Position numbers and translations under genes: made by a program. Below, piece by piece: positions 36,535-49,100 of a DNA stretch of 64,000 nucleotides. The notes under the pieces are model-generated. The model did not search any database, was not told where the DNA came from, and saw nothing but the letters and a program-made list of their open reading frames with translations. Every line of letters starts with the position of its first letter. Positions within the stretch are counted from its first letter, which is position 1. Origin of the DNA: Octopus sinensis. Taxonomy: Eukaryota. The stretch covers positions 23,808,001 to 23,872,000 of the forward strand of contig NC_043016.1 of the NCBI RefSeq assembly GCF_006345805.1. Direction: 5' to 3'.

Positions 36535-37629
36535 ATATATATATATATATACACACACATAGAGTCCAGCTTTGGAGTCACTGTCACCACTCTTGTAAAT
36601 AGTATATGTACTCTATAAAAAATGTTGAGTAATCCTTCAGTTTAATGTAAAATTGCTTTATTATAACTTGATATAAATAGCAACAAGATAGATTGAAAGA
36701 AAGTAAGAAAGATAGAATAGAACAAAAAGCAGAAAAGCATAAAAACAACAAATTTGTTTTGAAGTGGTTTATATTGGCAGTGCTCAACGCAAAGGAGCAC
36801 ATATATCCATATAAAAGAGATGATGTATAAAACATCAAAGAAATATATATATATTCACTATAATTAATAGCTTAATTAATAATAGGCCGTTAAACACCAA
36901 CACGGAAATCCAGGTGGAAAAAGCTTGCATGCATATACATAATCGGCTAAAATTATCTTAATTACTGTGGGTATATCATTTCTTTGATGGTTTATGTATC
37001 ATCGCTTTTTATGTGGGTATATATTTACTCTTTTACATTGAGCTTTACTAATTGTACACTACATCGAAAAGGAGAAGCAGTTTCTAAGCATTTCTGCTTT
37101 TTATTCTAAATTATAAGTGCCTCTTACGGATCGTTTTAGATAATTATGTATATGTGTGCAAGCTTCCCCCCACTCACTGCATCAAGATTTACTTATTGGT
37201 ATCTGAAATTCTTAGTAAGCTTTTGAATCACACTGAAACTCCTGCTCATTAAAATAATATATATACTCATGTTTGAGTTCCATCTATATTTGTTCTTAAA
37301 ATCTCTATGTCTATCTGTCAAGATTATATATAATTATTGAGTATTAATGGAAACGGCTGTAAGAAGTACCAATTTGTTAATAACAAATGGCTATTAACTT
37401 TCAACTCAAAGGAGCACATATATCCATATAAAAGAAATGATGTATAAAACATCAAAGAAATATATATATATATATTCACATATACACATATATACACACG
37501 CACACATTCACACAATTAAAAAGAAAAAATTAAAAATATATATAAAAAATTAAAAGTTAAAAATTAAAAGAAGACATATGGGATGCTTGTGCAGGAACAT
37601 AGTAAAAATGCAGATTCTAGCTGTGATCT

Positions 37630-38500
37630 TGGGGAGTGGGGCAAACTGTAACAGGTATTTTGTTACGCGTCGACATGATCCAAAAAAATCAGTTCTTGAA
37701 TTTAGACATGTAGCGGGGTCCAAGGAACTTTTCCAGATGTGCCATCTTTCCACATTACAAAGACTGCATTTGCCACTATCTGCACTTGCCATTTGGTATA
37801 AGGTTTACACTTGGTTAAGATTATTCCAGTAAATCCTATAGCAGGCACCTTGTTCTTTTAAGAACCATATATAACTGGATAATTTGGTAGTTATTCGTTT
37901 ATTCCAGTGCCTGAAGCTTAAAGAGTGATTGTTGAACCTCGCTTTGAAATTTCCCTCTGTGTGACCTACATGTCTCTTTGATGAAACTGTGTTATTAGCA
38001 TTTGTAGAATTTATGGTGGCTTCATAAATAGTCTTGGTCATACAGGCTTCATTTAGTGGGCACAAATCTTTATCTCTGCAGGAACAGCTGGCTTTGTGTT
38101 GTTGTTTTGCATTGTGTGTAATTGTTTTTAAAATTTGGGGTTGAACTAAAACTAATTTTGAGGTTATGCCTATTAAAGAGTTTCCTATATTTATGATGTA
38201 TTGGAAAATGTCTATCTATAAGTAACAAGAAGTCATTTATATTAAAGGTCACTTTAGGGGAGTAAGGGGGTGTGAACCAGACAATTTTCCTGTGTCTGTT
38301 TCCTTTTCTTTATTTCTGACCTAACAGTAGGTGTGTTAGCTATTTCCTTTTTACATCCACTAGCTTTAAGAGCATTGTTATATAATGGGGCAGCATTATT
38401 AAATATGCTTATATTAGAGGAGAGGCTAGAAATTCTACAAATATTAACTAAATTCTTAAACACTATGGGTTGGGAGGCAGGAACCTACATTAATATAAAT
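37630..38500 (-). mobile_element. Penelope-like element thumb plus GIY-YIG endonuclease region, degenerate
   Basis: RISSLSSN..IFNNAAPLYNNALKASG; CPLNEAC...IYEA...HVGHTEGNFKARFNNHSLSF; CSLC...LNSR...CRR. Confidence 0.88.
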
Positions 38501-38512
38501 AAGTCTATCGTT

Positions 38513-38779
38513 AGGGTTAGGGTTGTCATAAATAACAGTGTAAAACGAAATATACACAAACAACAGCAGTAATTTATTCAGCTGAATACACGTCATTGAT
38601 TGGTTGAAATTACCGAAATACAACTTTAACGTGAAATAACTTCCTAAATATAAGCTTTTCCCAAAAACGCTAAGAGTAAAAGATGTTTTATATGACACAT
38701 TCTACCAGTGTCCAAAGTTTGAAAGTGTTTAGTTACAAACAATTATTTTTTAAATCTGTAGGTCAAAAGGTAAAGATCC
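38513..38779. mobile_element. Fragment of the GGATC-ended MITE family
   Basis: agggttagggtt at one end; ends aaaaggtaaagatcc; gacacattctacca...aaagtgtttagttac homologous to 55149-55579. Confidence 0.7.
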
Positions 38780-40159
38780 CAAGTTACTAGTCTTTACACA
38801 CTGAAGACGGAGTCTTGTTTTACATTAATGCTTATATGCATCCACTACTGGTTGCTTATCCTTAACCTTCTGCCCAATCCATCTGCTAACAGTACAACTA
38901 TTAGGTAATTCTGGGTCCCCAGTAACAGTTGTCAGCCTTGAAATACCATGCCCTCTCCCCTCAGTTTTCTGTATCATTTGTACTCCATATAAATTTGTTC
39001 TGTTAATAAAAATTTCTATGCTTATACACGAGTGTTCATCTGAATATTTTCAGCTTTGGTTTCTCTATGTATATCCCTATATATATATATTTACATGTAT
39101 GTATATTTTATATATCACCCGAATTCCTCTTATAGTCACTCTTTGCCCTGCGGTCATAGTCCTCGATAAGGACTTTGAAGTTTAAGTTCAAATCATTTGA
39201 GCATTATAATGTTTTCTATATTGAACATCTCTAGATTACATACACAGATATATATATTTGGGGGGAGGGGGGCAGTAGAATGTGTAATGGCCCTTGTTTG
39301 TGTGTGTTAGAGTATATATGTAAGTGCGAGTTAGTGTGTGTGTGAGATCATGTATGTAAACACATGTTACTCTTGCAAATAAAACTTAAAACCGCTGATA
39401 TCAAACGGTGTTTGAATATTTAAAAACATCGGGAATTTCGAGTAAATTACCGTCAATTTACATTGTAGCTGACAATGTGTAGCGAGAGAACAACGGGTTA
39501 ATGTGAAATATAGTTCAGTATTTCTCAGTAAGAATATATTATGTATGTTTGTGTCGTACACGTAAACACACGTGTGTAGATAGATAGATAGACAGACAGA
39601 TAGATAGACACACACACATATAGTTGAGAGAGGCACAGAAAGGGAACAAACGATGACATTTCAATTTCTCTTCTTACGTCTTCCAATCTCCCGCCCACCC
39701 CATCCCATCCTTTATAAATATATGCTTTTGTGGTGGAGGGGTGAGAGAGAGAGAGAGAGGCAGAGAGTTGTTGAAGAGCGAGTGAGTGGTTTAAATGTAT
39801 TTAGTTGAGTGTGAGAAAAAAAAAAAGGTTTAGACTTGTTCGGCAGGACAAAATTGACTTTTCAGAACGTGAAGACGAGTCGAAAAGAAGACAACGAGAG
39901 AGATGGTCTGAGTGACTGACAATCTGGCTGAGAGACAGATCAGCAGGCGGAGAGCGAGGCGAAGCAGGAGAAGAGGAAGTATGGGTGACGGTGGGAGACA
40001 TGAAAAAGAGGGAAGCGAGAATAAAGGGGGGGGAAGTGACGAAGGAGGGAGGAGCCGCAGGAGATAATAAAAGACAGGGAAGGAAAATATATAGGGGAAT
40101 AAACGCTTAATTAGCCAAACTATAGACGCACACAGTCATGCGCGCACACACACACACAC

Positions 40160-42160
40160 GTTTATTGGTGGCTGGTGACTTTCAACGAATATGTTGAGCA
40201 GCAAAGCTGATGATTTGGAAAGAGTGGAAGAATGGACGGAGGACGAGGAAAGATAACGTTATATCAGGTAGCTGGAAGAGAAGCTAGGTGACAGGTTTAC
40301 TTAGCAAGGGGGGGGGGGTGACAAAAAAGGAAGCGGTTTAGTAATGTTAGGGATCAGAGGTTGTGAGATGCTCCAAATTGCAAGACAATATTTCCAAGTG
40401 AATAGAGATTATGGGTGAGAAGTGTATACGGAAGGATAACAGTACGCTCCTCGTACGTAATGATTCTGAAATGAAAGAGGCATGGAAATGCTGCTACAAC
40501 AGGCTGTTGAATGTGGAGAATGCATGGGATAATGACGGTCTTCCCAATGTGGACTCGAAAGAGGAACTAGTTGACAGCAGTATGACAGACGAAGCTATTA
40601 AGGATATTAAAACAAGAAAACCTCCAGGAATTACTACTGAGATGCTTACAATATTTGGTAGTGTAAGATGGTTGGTGGTTGGCATCCTTTTTGTCTCGGG
40701 AGACAATGGAGTTGCACATAAAATAGTCTAGTCCGGCTTTTACATTTCATGTCCTGATACATTTCCTGCTGTGGCTGAGAGCCTAGTTAATCAGGTAGCA
40801 CAGAAAGGTGTTATTCCCAACAACTGGTGTAGCTGCATTATAGTCAGCTGTTACAAGGATAGAAGATATACCTTTGTTAGAAACAGTTACAGAGGTATCA
40901 GATTTCTAGACCATGTAATGAAAGTTATGGGATGAATTTTAATCCAATTAATTAGAATGACAATTAGGTTAGACGAGATGTGATTAGGTTTGGGGCCGGG
41001 AGAGAAGTACTTTTGATGCCCTCTTTCTTGTAAGACAAACTGTAGAAGTAGTTCATTAAAAGTCATTGAACTTGGTGTTCATTGACCTGAAGAAAGCATT
41101 CAATAAGATCCCCTTTATTCTGAAATCTGGTGGTTGGTAAGGAAGCTAGGGGTAGATGGATGAATAGCTCATGAAAGCCATAAAAGCTATGTAGAGATAC
41201 TGCCAGTAAGGTTATAGTTGACAAAAAGTATAACAATGAGTTCAGGTTGAAAGTTGAAGACTTGGTTCTCAGTCCCTCATATCTATCATAGCTCTACAGA
41301 TCATAACTGAGGAGTTTAAGATTAGTTGCTGGAGAACTCCTTTATGCTAATAAACTCATAATTATAGCTTAATCTGCAGCTGAATTATAAAAGAATGTTC
41401 AGATGTGGCAGCAAAAGCTGGAGTCAAAGATTTTTGAAGTAAACTTAGTAAAGACCAAAGATTTAGTAAGCATGAAACAGACAGATTTCTGCTTCCATCA
41501 AGGAAATGGCTTTGCTCAGTATGCAGAAAAGAAGGTAGAAATTCCCTATTATATACCCAATGCAAACTAAGACCACATAATAGATGTGTGGTAGTATCAC
41601 AGGCAGGTGAACAGAGAAAGTATACTGTTTGTGGTAGATGCTCAGAACTAATAAGCACTAAGAGCACATGGGAAACAGACTCTCAAATACCCAAGAGGAT
41701 AATTGAATTAGTAGTGGAGGTGGACTTCTGAAAGCATAGTAGCTAATAAGAACAAGCTAGAGAAAAGTTCACAGAGATTTTACCTGCTGTAATAAAATAT
41801 TTGTTTCCAGAGTGAAAGGTAGATTGTATTATGATTGTTTATAGACTGCAGTGGCACATGGGCTCTGAATGTAGAGGTCTTGCAAATACCAGAAAAAGGA
41901 AAAAATGAAGCTAGTATGCTCCATTTGGTGTACAATGTAAGTGTACATGAACAACAAAGTGCAACTGTGTTGAGAGAAAAAAATGGACATAGGAATTGGA
42001 TGTAGTGTGCAAGAAAGAAGAGATATGGACATACCCTGTAAATGGATCAGAATGGTTGTATAAAGAAGCGCTAACTATTTAAATGGATGGAGCTTGTTGA
42101 AGAGGGAGACCCAGGAAGACAAGGGACAAAGTTTTGAAGACTTCTCCCAAAATGTTAAAC
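40160..42160 (+). mobile_element. Old, degenerate RTE LINE ORF2
   Basis: VAGDFN, GEKCIR...EAWKCCYNRLLNVENAWD, DLKKAFNKIP, KWLCSVCRK and GRPRKT. Confidence 0.85.
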
Positions 42161-42820
42161 CTCACAGGATTAGGATGACTGCAGGTAGGTGGTGCTGGAG
42201 AAGACCAGCCCATTTCAGCAAAACTGAGATTCTGAAAACACAATGCGTGTATATCAATATCAACATCATTGTCTCTTTAAACATCCACTTTTGCATACAT
42301 GCATGGATTGGATGGAATTTGTTGAGGCAGATTTTCTATGGTTGGATGCTTTTCCTGGTACCAACCTTCATCTGATTCCAGGCAAGGTGATATTTTCCCA
42401 TGGCCAGATGTGTTTCCTTGGAAGACAGGAAACAAATAACACCTCTGGCCTGATAGGGACTTCTGTTTACTACTACCATACACTATCAGATGCTCTCACA
42501 CACACACACACACAGAAGTATTGATACATATTAGCCATTTCCAGTGAGTAATCAAAACACTTTTATCAAGAACCCAACCATAATTCAAAACTAAAAGCAA
42601 ACCTCATGTTTCATTCACACCCCACTGCAATGCTCAGAATTGTTCCTATAACAGAAAGAAAATAAATGCCCATTGAAGTAAAAAAATAGACAACTCCACA
42701 CCTTAGTAAAAATAGTTGATGCCAAGATGTCTTCTTGGGCTAAAAGAAAGAAAGAGAGAGAGAGAAAGTGAGATAATGATATTTTTTGAATCCTGACCTG
42801 CTTAGACATTAATAATTTAA

Positions 42821-43041
42821 CCCTTTTGATACTAACCCACCTGAAACTGCCTCTGGCTCTGTAGTACAAATGTCTTGTTTTCTTAAGTCTTGAATTAAAA
42901 TCTTCCACCAAACCTTAGTCACAATTTATGTTCCTAACACTACCTTAATGGTAACTAAGTCATTTTACTAAATTCCTTGTTATATTTAAAGTAATTGAAA
43001 GAAACACAAAGCATCTCAACACAAACATGGTAACAAAAGGG
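42821..43041. mobile_element. piggyBac-type MITE
   Basis: ttaa|cccttttgatac...gtaacaaaaggg|ttaa. Confidence 0.85.
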
Positions 43042-43971
43042 TTAAAATATAACCTTAGCGAACCCACAGGTTTTTCTATGGGGTATGAAAAATGACTGTA
43101 GAGCTTGGATGAGGCAATTTATCCCATCCAACTGACACAGCTCAGCAAAATTGTTAGAATAACAGGGTATAAAGTACAGAGAACAACTAACCAAGAAATC
43201 TTCTGTCTTTGTACTTAGTATTTTCTTTTGTATCCTTTACTATCCTACTCAAGCTAAAATAGTCACAGAACTATTGGTATTTTTACTAATTTTTCTTTCT
43301 CTCCGCACACACTATTATGGAAGCATACATCTGCTCTCTCTCTGGTGAGTGTTTCTTTTTCCATTTGTTATTCATACACACATGTTGTAAACATGAACTT
43401 TGAGATTCAGTGACAAAGCAAGCAATTTCTTTTCCATTGCTTTATGAATGGACAATTCGATGCATCATATTTCATTGGTTTACACGAACTACATTCTTCT
43501 TGCTATGTATATTTGACTATCTCAAGTAGTGCTGGAGTTGTTGTGTCCTAGTTTTAACGTGAAGGCAAAAAAACCATTTCCTTTTCCTTTATTTTTTTTC
43601 TTTTTACTTGTTTTCGCCATTGGACCGCGTCCATAAAGGGGAACGACCATGGAAGGTTTAGTCATGCAAACCAACCCCAGTACGAGTTATTTTTTAAGCT
43701 TCATACTCATTGTATAGCTCTCTTCTCTTGAACCACTAAGTTATGGGATGTAACCGAACCATCACTAGTTGTCAAGTGGTGGTGGGAAACAAACATAATG
43801 CAGTCATGACACAAACACACACATACATGGATTTATGTGTGTATGCATATGTGTGCATATGTGTGTGTGCATGTGTGAGTGTGCATGAATATATATATGC
43901 ATGCACGTATACACACAAATATATGTATATATGTATACACGTGTGTGTGTGTGTGTATATATATATATATT

Positions 43972-44182
43972 TGATCGTGTGTGTATCGTTGGCGATTTTC
44001 TTTCTCCGTCTTCCCTTCCTTAGACTTTTCCTTTTTTTCTATATTTCTGACAAAGAGCTCCACTCGAAACGTTACATCCTCCTTTTTTTCCTTCCCTGAG
44101 CGTCCAATAACACTATACTTATTCCACGTATTCACGTTGCTGTGTTTTCTCTTTATTCTTGTTTGGATTAACTATATATATA
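43972..44182 (+). mobile_element. Second copy of the 10590-10800 element, hammerhead motif at about 44042-44077
   Basis: CTGACAA-a-gag ctcca ctc-GAAA-cg-TT; downstream cctgagcgtccaataa...cttgtttggattaact is shared. Confidence 0.7.
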
Positions 44183-44582
44183 TATATACATACATACATA
44201 CATACATACATACATACATACATACATACATACTTTTCTTGCTGTATTGTGTGTTTATTTCTCTTTTTTTTTTTCTATCTATGATTTTATTTTTGATCTA
44301 TGTAAATGACGATTTTCCCTCCATCTGGCTGCTTTTCTTTCTACAAAACGACAAGTTACATTGCGGAACTGGTATTTTAACGCGTTGTATCTATTTATCA
44401 TCTGACGAAATACATCTGCACTGCCAGATGCTCCTGAATCAGTTGTTGAGCGTCCCACCCATGAGGGGTCGATACTAGATGTTTTGAAACAATTGTCGTG
44501 ATTAATAAATTCTCGTGTATTTATTCCATCTTCCATCTTTCATTTGCCATATATATATTCCATCTTCTGTCTTTCATTTGCC

Positions 44583-44620
<38 letters not shown>

Positions 44621-44621
<1 letters not shown>

Positions 44622-44922
44622 GAGGCGCAATGGCCTAGTGGTTAGGGCAGCGGACTCACAGTCGCAGGATCGCGGTTTCGATTCCCATACCGGGCATTGT
44701 GTGTGTTTATTGAGCGAAAACACCTAAAAGCTCCACGAGGCTCCGGCAGGGGGTGGTGATCCCTGCTGTACTCTTTCACCACTCTTTCTCCCACTCTTTC
44801 TTCTGTTGGCCTGCTTGCTTAGCCAGCGGGGTGGCGTCATTCGAAGGCTAAAACAATGCGAACGCATTGTGACCAGCGATGTGTAACAACATCTGATGGT
44901 CTGGTCGGTCACGTGATCACGT

Positions 44923-44925
<3 letters not shown>
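44621..44925 (+). mobile_element. tRNA-derived SINE family C, full length
   Basis: A box tggcctagtgg, B box ggtttcgattccc, 3' end tcacgtgatcacgtgat running into (TA)n. Confidence 0.88.
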
Positions 44926-44960
<35 letters not shown>

Positions 44961-45227
44961 TCTATATATATCAAGGGTTGAACAGAGAGAGCACAACAAA
45001 GAGAAGAAGTTAGCCAAAAGTAGAGCAAACAGGAGGAAAGTAGACGAAAACTTAACGGATGGGGAATATAGACAAATATAGTCAATGAACCAAAATATCA
45101 TTGTGGTTTCCCACCATTATCATATAATTATATATCTATATATAAGAATAATATAACACAGGATGGAAAATACCAGGCTTTAATAGGAAATCACAACATT
45201 TGTTATTGCATTGGACACTAGCTTTAA

Positions 45228-45447
45228 CCCTTTAGTGTTTAAACCGGCCATATCCGGCCAAAATATTCTACCTATTTTATGTTCAAACTAGTCAGATATG
45301 GTCATTCATAGCTACCTTATTGTGTCATTTTAAAAATAAACAATCACATCATTGAAATCTCAAAGCCATCAAATGATGCAAGATTAAGTTTACATGGTGT
45401 GAATACATAAGCTTTATATTTTACAGAATAATCTGAATGCTAAAGGG
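45228..45447. mobile_element. piggyBac-type MITE
   Basis: ttaa|ccctttagtg...tgctaaaggg|ttaa. Confidence 0.85.
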
Positions 45448-45835
45448 TTAAGTTGCTGAATTTATATTTATGTACCAACTGGTGCAGAAGCAAGCTCTTA
45501 AAAGCACATTACGAGATTTTTACCCAAATTCTATTAAATACACACACACACGCATGCATATATATATGTATATATGTATACACACACATACACATATATA
45601 CATGATGGGCTTCTTTCAGTTTCTGTCTACCAAATCCACCCACTAAACATTGGTTAGCCTCAGCTACAATAGAAGACTCTTATCCAAGGTGGTGTGCAGT
45701 GTGACTGAGCCCCAAACATGGTTTGGAAGAAAGCTTGTTACCACACAACCACATCTGTACAACTGTAATGTATATTACTTATTTCGCTTTACTTTGGTTT
45801 TGATTACTTGAGAATATTGTTGATTTAGTTTTACA

Positions 45836-47150
45836 ATGCCAAAAAGAATATGATGCATTTATGAAAGAACTCAAGAAGGATTTCCCTTTTCTTCATGAAA
45901 AGAAGACTGCTTTGTATGGATGGGATAAATGTGATTGATGTTTTGCAGATGTCTATTTGTTGAATGGAGCTTGAGTGGATATAAAGATGATTTAAAATCT
46001 CTAAGTTATCATGAATAGAATTAGATTGCTGCTAAAGAAGCCACTTTTACTTTTCATACAGTTTCCTCATGACTTGTGATACAAGATATCTGGCTGTTTT
46101 GTTAGAATTAGTCTCTAAACGTTTTGAGTCAAAGTTTTGACTCACACAAAATGTGAAGCCATAATTTTAAATGTAATTGCACCAAAGGCTAAAGACCGAG
46201 CAAAAACAAGTTTTGTGACAATTTCTATGAATGATTCAAACTGAATAGATGGCAAAATGATACCTTTCATTGTTCAATGCTATATTTCTGGCCCAGGGGT
46301 ACACAAGTAAAACTTTTGGATATGCACAGTGTTTCAGCTGAACTGACTGAGATCTTTTTCAATGCCTTAATCTTAGTTATTGACAACCATGAGTTGCTGG
46401 AAAAAGTCACTGCCTTTTTCAGAGACAATTACAGCACAAATTTTGGTGGTGTTTAATGAAAAGACAAGAACAACATATTTAGCCGATTAAAAACCAGACT
46501 TGAAAGAGATCTTGTTGGCATTGTCTGTGTTGCACACATTGTGCACAACTATCTCCAAACAGTTGTTGATCTATTATGATACTGAAGCAGTTTCTGTGAA
46601 AATTTTCAAATATTTTCACATATAAATAGTTCATGTAACACTGCTAAAAGAATTTTGGGACTTTGCCAAAGTGGAATACTAAAATCTATTACAACATAAT
46701 AATACCAGATTTTTGTCAATGCTACCAGCAAGTTGAAAGAATTCTTTATATTTTGCTGGCTTGAAATCTTATTTTGTTCCCAAGAACAGTGTCCAAGACA
46801 GATAGCACAATTCTTTGAAAATTATTTTTGAGAAATATATTTATGGTTTGTACATGAACAGTTTAGCTTTTTCAACAAATTGATTCTGGTCAGAGAGAAG
46901 GACAATACCAATGCAGCAGATATCAAACTAGGAATAGAAAGACTGGTTACATATACTGAACATAGAAAACTCAAAGAAAATGTTAAAGGCATTGAAAAAG
47001 TTGAGATATAGTTTAAAAGATTTTAGGAAAGATATCTCTCAAATGTAGATCTATATAAAGAGAACTTCGAACAACCAGAGAATTTTGTGTGGATAGATTC
47101 TGAAGACATATTGAGAAGTCTGCAGACTTCAGATCAACCAAAGGATTGGG
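45836..47150 (+). pseudogene. Degenerate hAT-like transposase remnant
   Basis: MPK start; TKCEAIILNVIAP, DNYSTNFGG, VGIVCVAHIVHN (CxAH motif) and TRFLSMLPA; many stops. Confidence 0.7.
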
Positions 47151-47229
47151 AAGCAAGTAATAAATATTGATCAAATTATTAGATTACAATGATACTGTGG
47201 GGCTTATAAAGAAGACATTTGAGCAGCAC

Positions 47230-47656
47230 AAAATTTTGAGTATCACGAGGACGGCTGCATAAAGAAGTGTTGATCTCTAATGGTGGAAGGAACCTGTGGA
47301 AGAGGTAGACCCAAAAAGATGTGGGACAAAGTGGTGAAATGTAATCTTTGGATGTTGAGTCTCACAAAGGTGATGACGAATTGCTGTGCTTGAGAAGACA
47401 TGTTAAGTTAAGTGAAACCATAGTTGTGGTCAGTGCCAGTGACACATTAAAGGCACCCGTACTAGTGACACACAAAAGGTACTAATACTGGTGGCACATA
47501 AAAGGCGCCCAGTACACTCTTGGGAATGGTTGACATTAGGATGGGCATCCAGCCATTAAAACCAAGCCAAAACAAACTGGAGTCTGATGCAGCTCTCCAA
47601 CTTAACATCACCAGCCAAACCATATAACCCATGCCAGCATGAAAAACGGACATTAA

Positions 47657-47660
<4 letters not shown>
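47230..47660 (+). mobile_element. Old RTE 3' end (ORF2 end plus 3' UTR)
   Basis: EGTCGRGRPKK, ggcacataaaaggc, attaggatgggcatcc and catgccagcatgaaaaacggacattaaatgat. Confidence 0.82.
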
Positions 47661-47704
<44 letters not shown>

Positions 47705-47732
47705 GTGGTGGTGATGGTGGTAGTGGTGATGG

Positions 47733-47796
<64 letters not shown>

Positions 47797-47834
47797 GGTG
47801 GTGGTGGTGGTGGTTGTGGTGGTGGTGGTGGTGG

Positions 47835-47923
<89 letters not shown>

Positions 47924-47983
47924 GTGGTGTGGTGGTGGTGGTGATGATGATGATGAGGATGATGATGGTGGTGGTGGTAATGG

Positions 47984-48047
<64 letters not shown>

Positions 48048-48082
48048 GATGTTGATGGTGTTGATGGTGATGATGATGATGA
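47657..48082. repeat. (GAT)n/(GGT)n microsatellite continuous with the RTE tail
   Basis: Starts directly at the retroelement's ttaaatgatgat tail. Confidence 0.95.
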
Positions 48083-48623
48083 AGAAAAGTGGTAAAATTT
48101 GATTACTTGTCACGAAGAAATGCACAGATTGGTAAAGAATCTAATGGTGTAGTAGAATTCTCTGTCTTCCTGGTACCACTGCATCAGTAAAATAAATGCT
48201 TTCAACAATAAATAATGAATGATCAAAAAGAAAAGAACAATATGGTAGAAGCTGCAGTCAGGGGCTCTTCTGATGGGTAAAACAAACATCCCACAAGGTT
48301 ACTACAAAAATTTTTGATAAAATTAAAAATGACAATGGATTTCTTAAGAAAAGAAGTTTCAAGTGAAAAATATGAAAGTACTGGTGATCAATTGAATAAA
48401 AAGCTATTTGACAATAAAAACGTGTTCACTTCAATTTATTTTTAATACCTGTTCCACCTGACAATATTTATATATACTTGTGCTGTCAAGTAAAGCATAG
48501 CTGTTTCGCATCTGTTTTTCTTCTCACTCTCCACCTCTTTCTCGCCTTCCCTCCCTCTCTCTCCTCCTCTCTCACTCCTTCCCTCCCTCTGTCTCCTTCC
48601 CACCTTTCTCTCTCCCTCCCTCC

Positions 48624-48675
<52 letters not shown>

Positions 48676-48680
<5 letters not shown>

Positions 48681-48984
48681 CATTATATAAAAGGGCTTAG
48701 TAAAATAAATTACTTTGCCACATACTGAACTCATTAGAAATAGTAGCTAAAAAAACTTTTTTAAAACTATTTCTAATACTTAAAGAAAATCTCTCTCATA
48801 TAGTGTTTGCTCAATTCAACTCACGAAATACTTTCGTGAGTTGAATTGAGCAAACACTATATGAGAGAGATTTTCTTTAAGTATTAGAAATAGTTTTAAA
48901 AAAGTTTTTTTAGCTACTATTTCTAATGAGTTCAGTATGTGGCAAAGTAATTTATTTTACTAAGCCCTTTTATATAATGTAATA
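48676..48984. repeat. Perfect palindrome, ~153-bp arms, 3-nt loop
   Basis: ...ctcacgaaa tac tttcgtgag... centre; no mismatch seen between the arms. Confidence 0.93.
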
Positions 48985-49069
48985 ATTTGAATTCGCCTTA
49001 AATGGTCCCTTTACATACTGAATACTTGGTGAAATTGATTAATAATTAATTAATTTTACCCTCAATTGT

Positions 49070-49100
<31 letters not shown>

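Noticed and set aside
43317-43350. ATG followed by a consensus donor G|GTGAGT
   Set aside because: Several such 7-mers are expected by chance in 64 kb; no acceptor, partner exon or homology supports it.
44621-44695. Possible tRNA gene
   Set aside because: A and B boxes are present but run into a SINE body with a second copy at 3408-3690; no acceptor-stem closure or poly-T terminator.
47556-48125. Asp/Gly-rich 171-aa ORF resembling a shell or adhesive protein
   Set aside because: It begins in an RTE 3' UTR and is the expanded (GAT)n tail.
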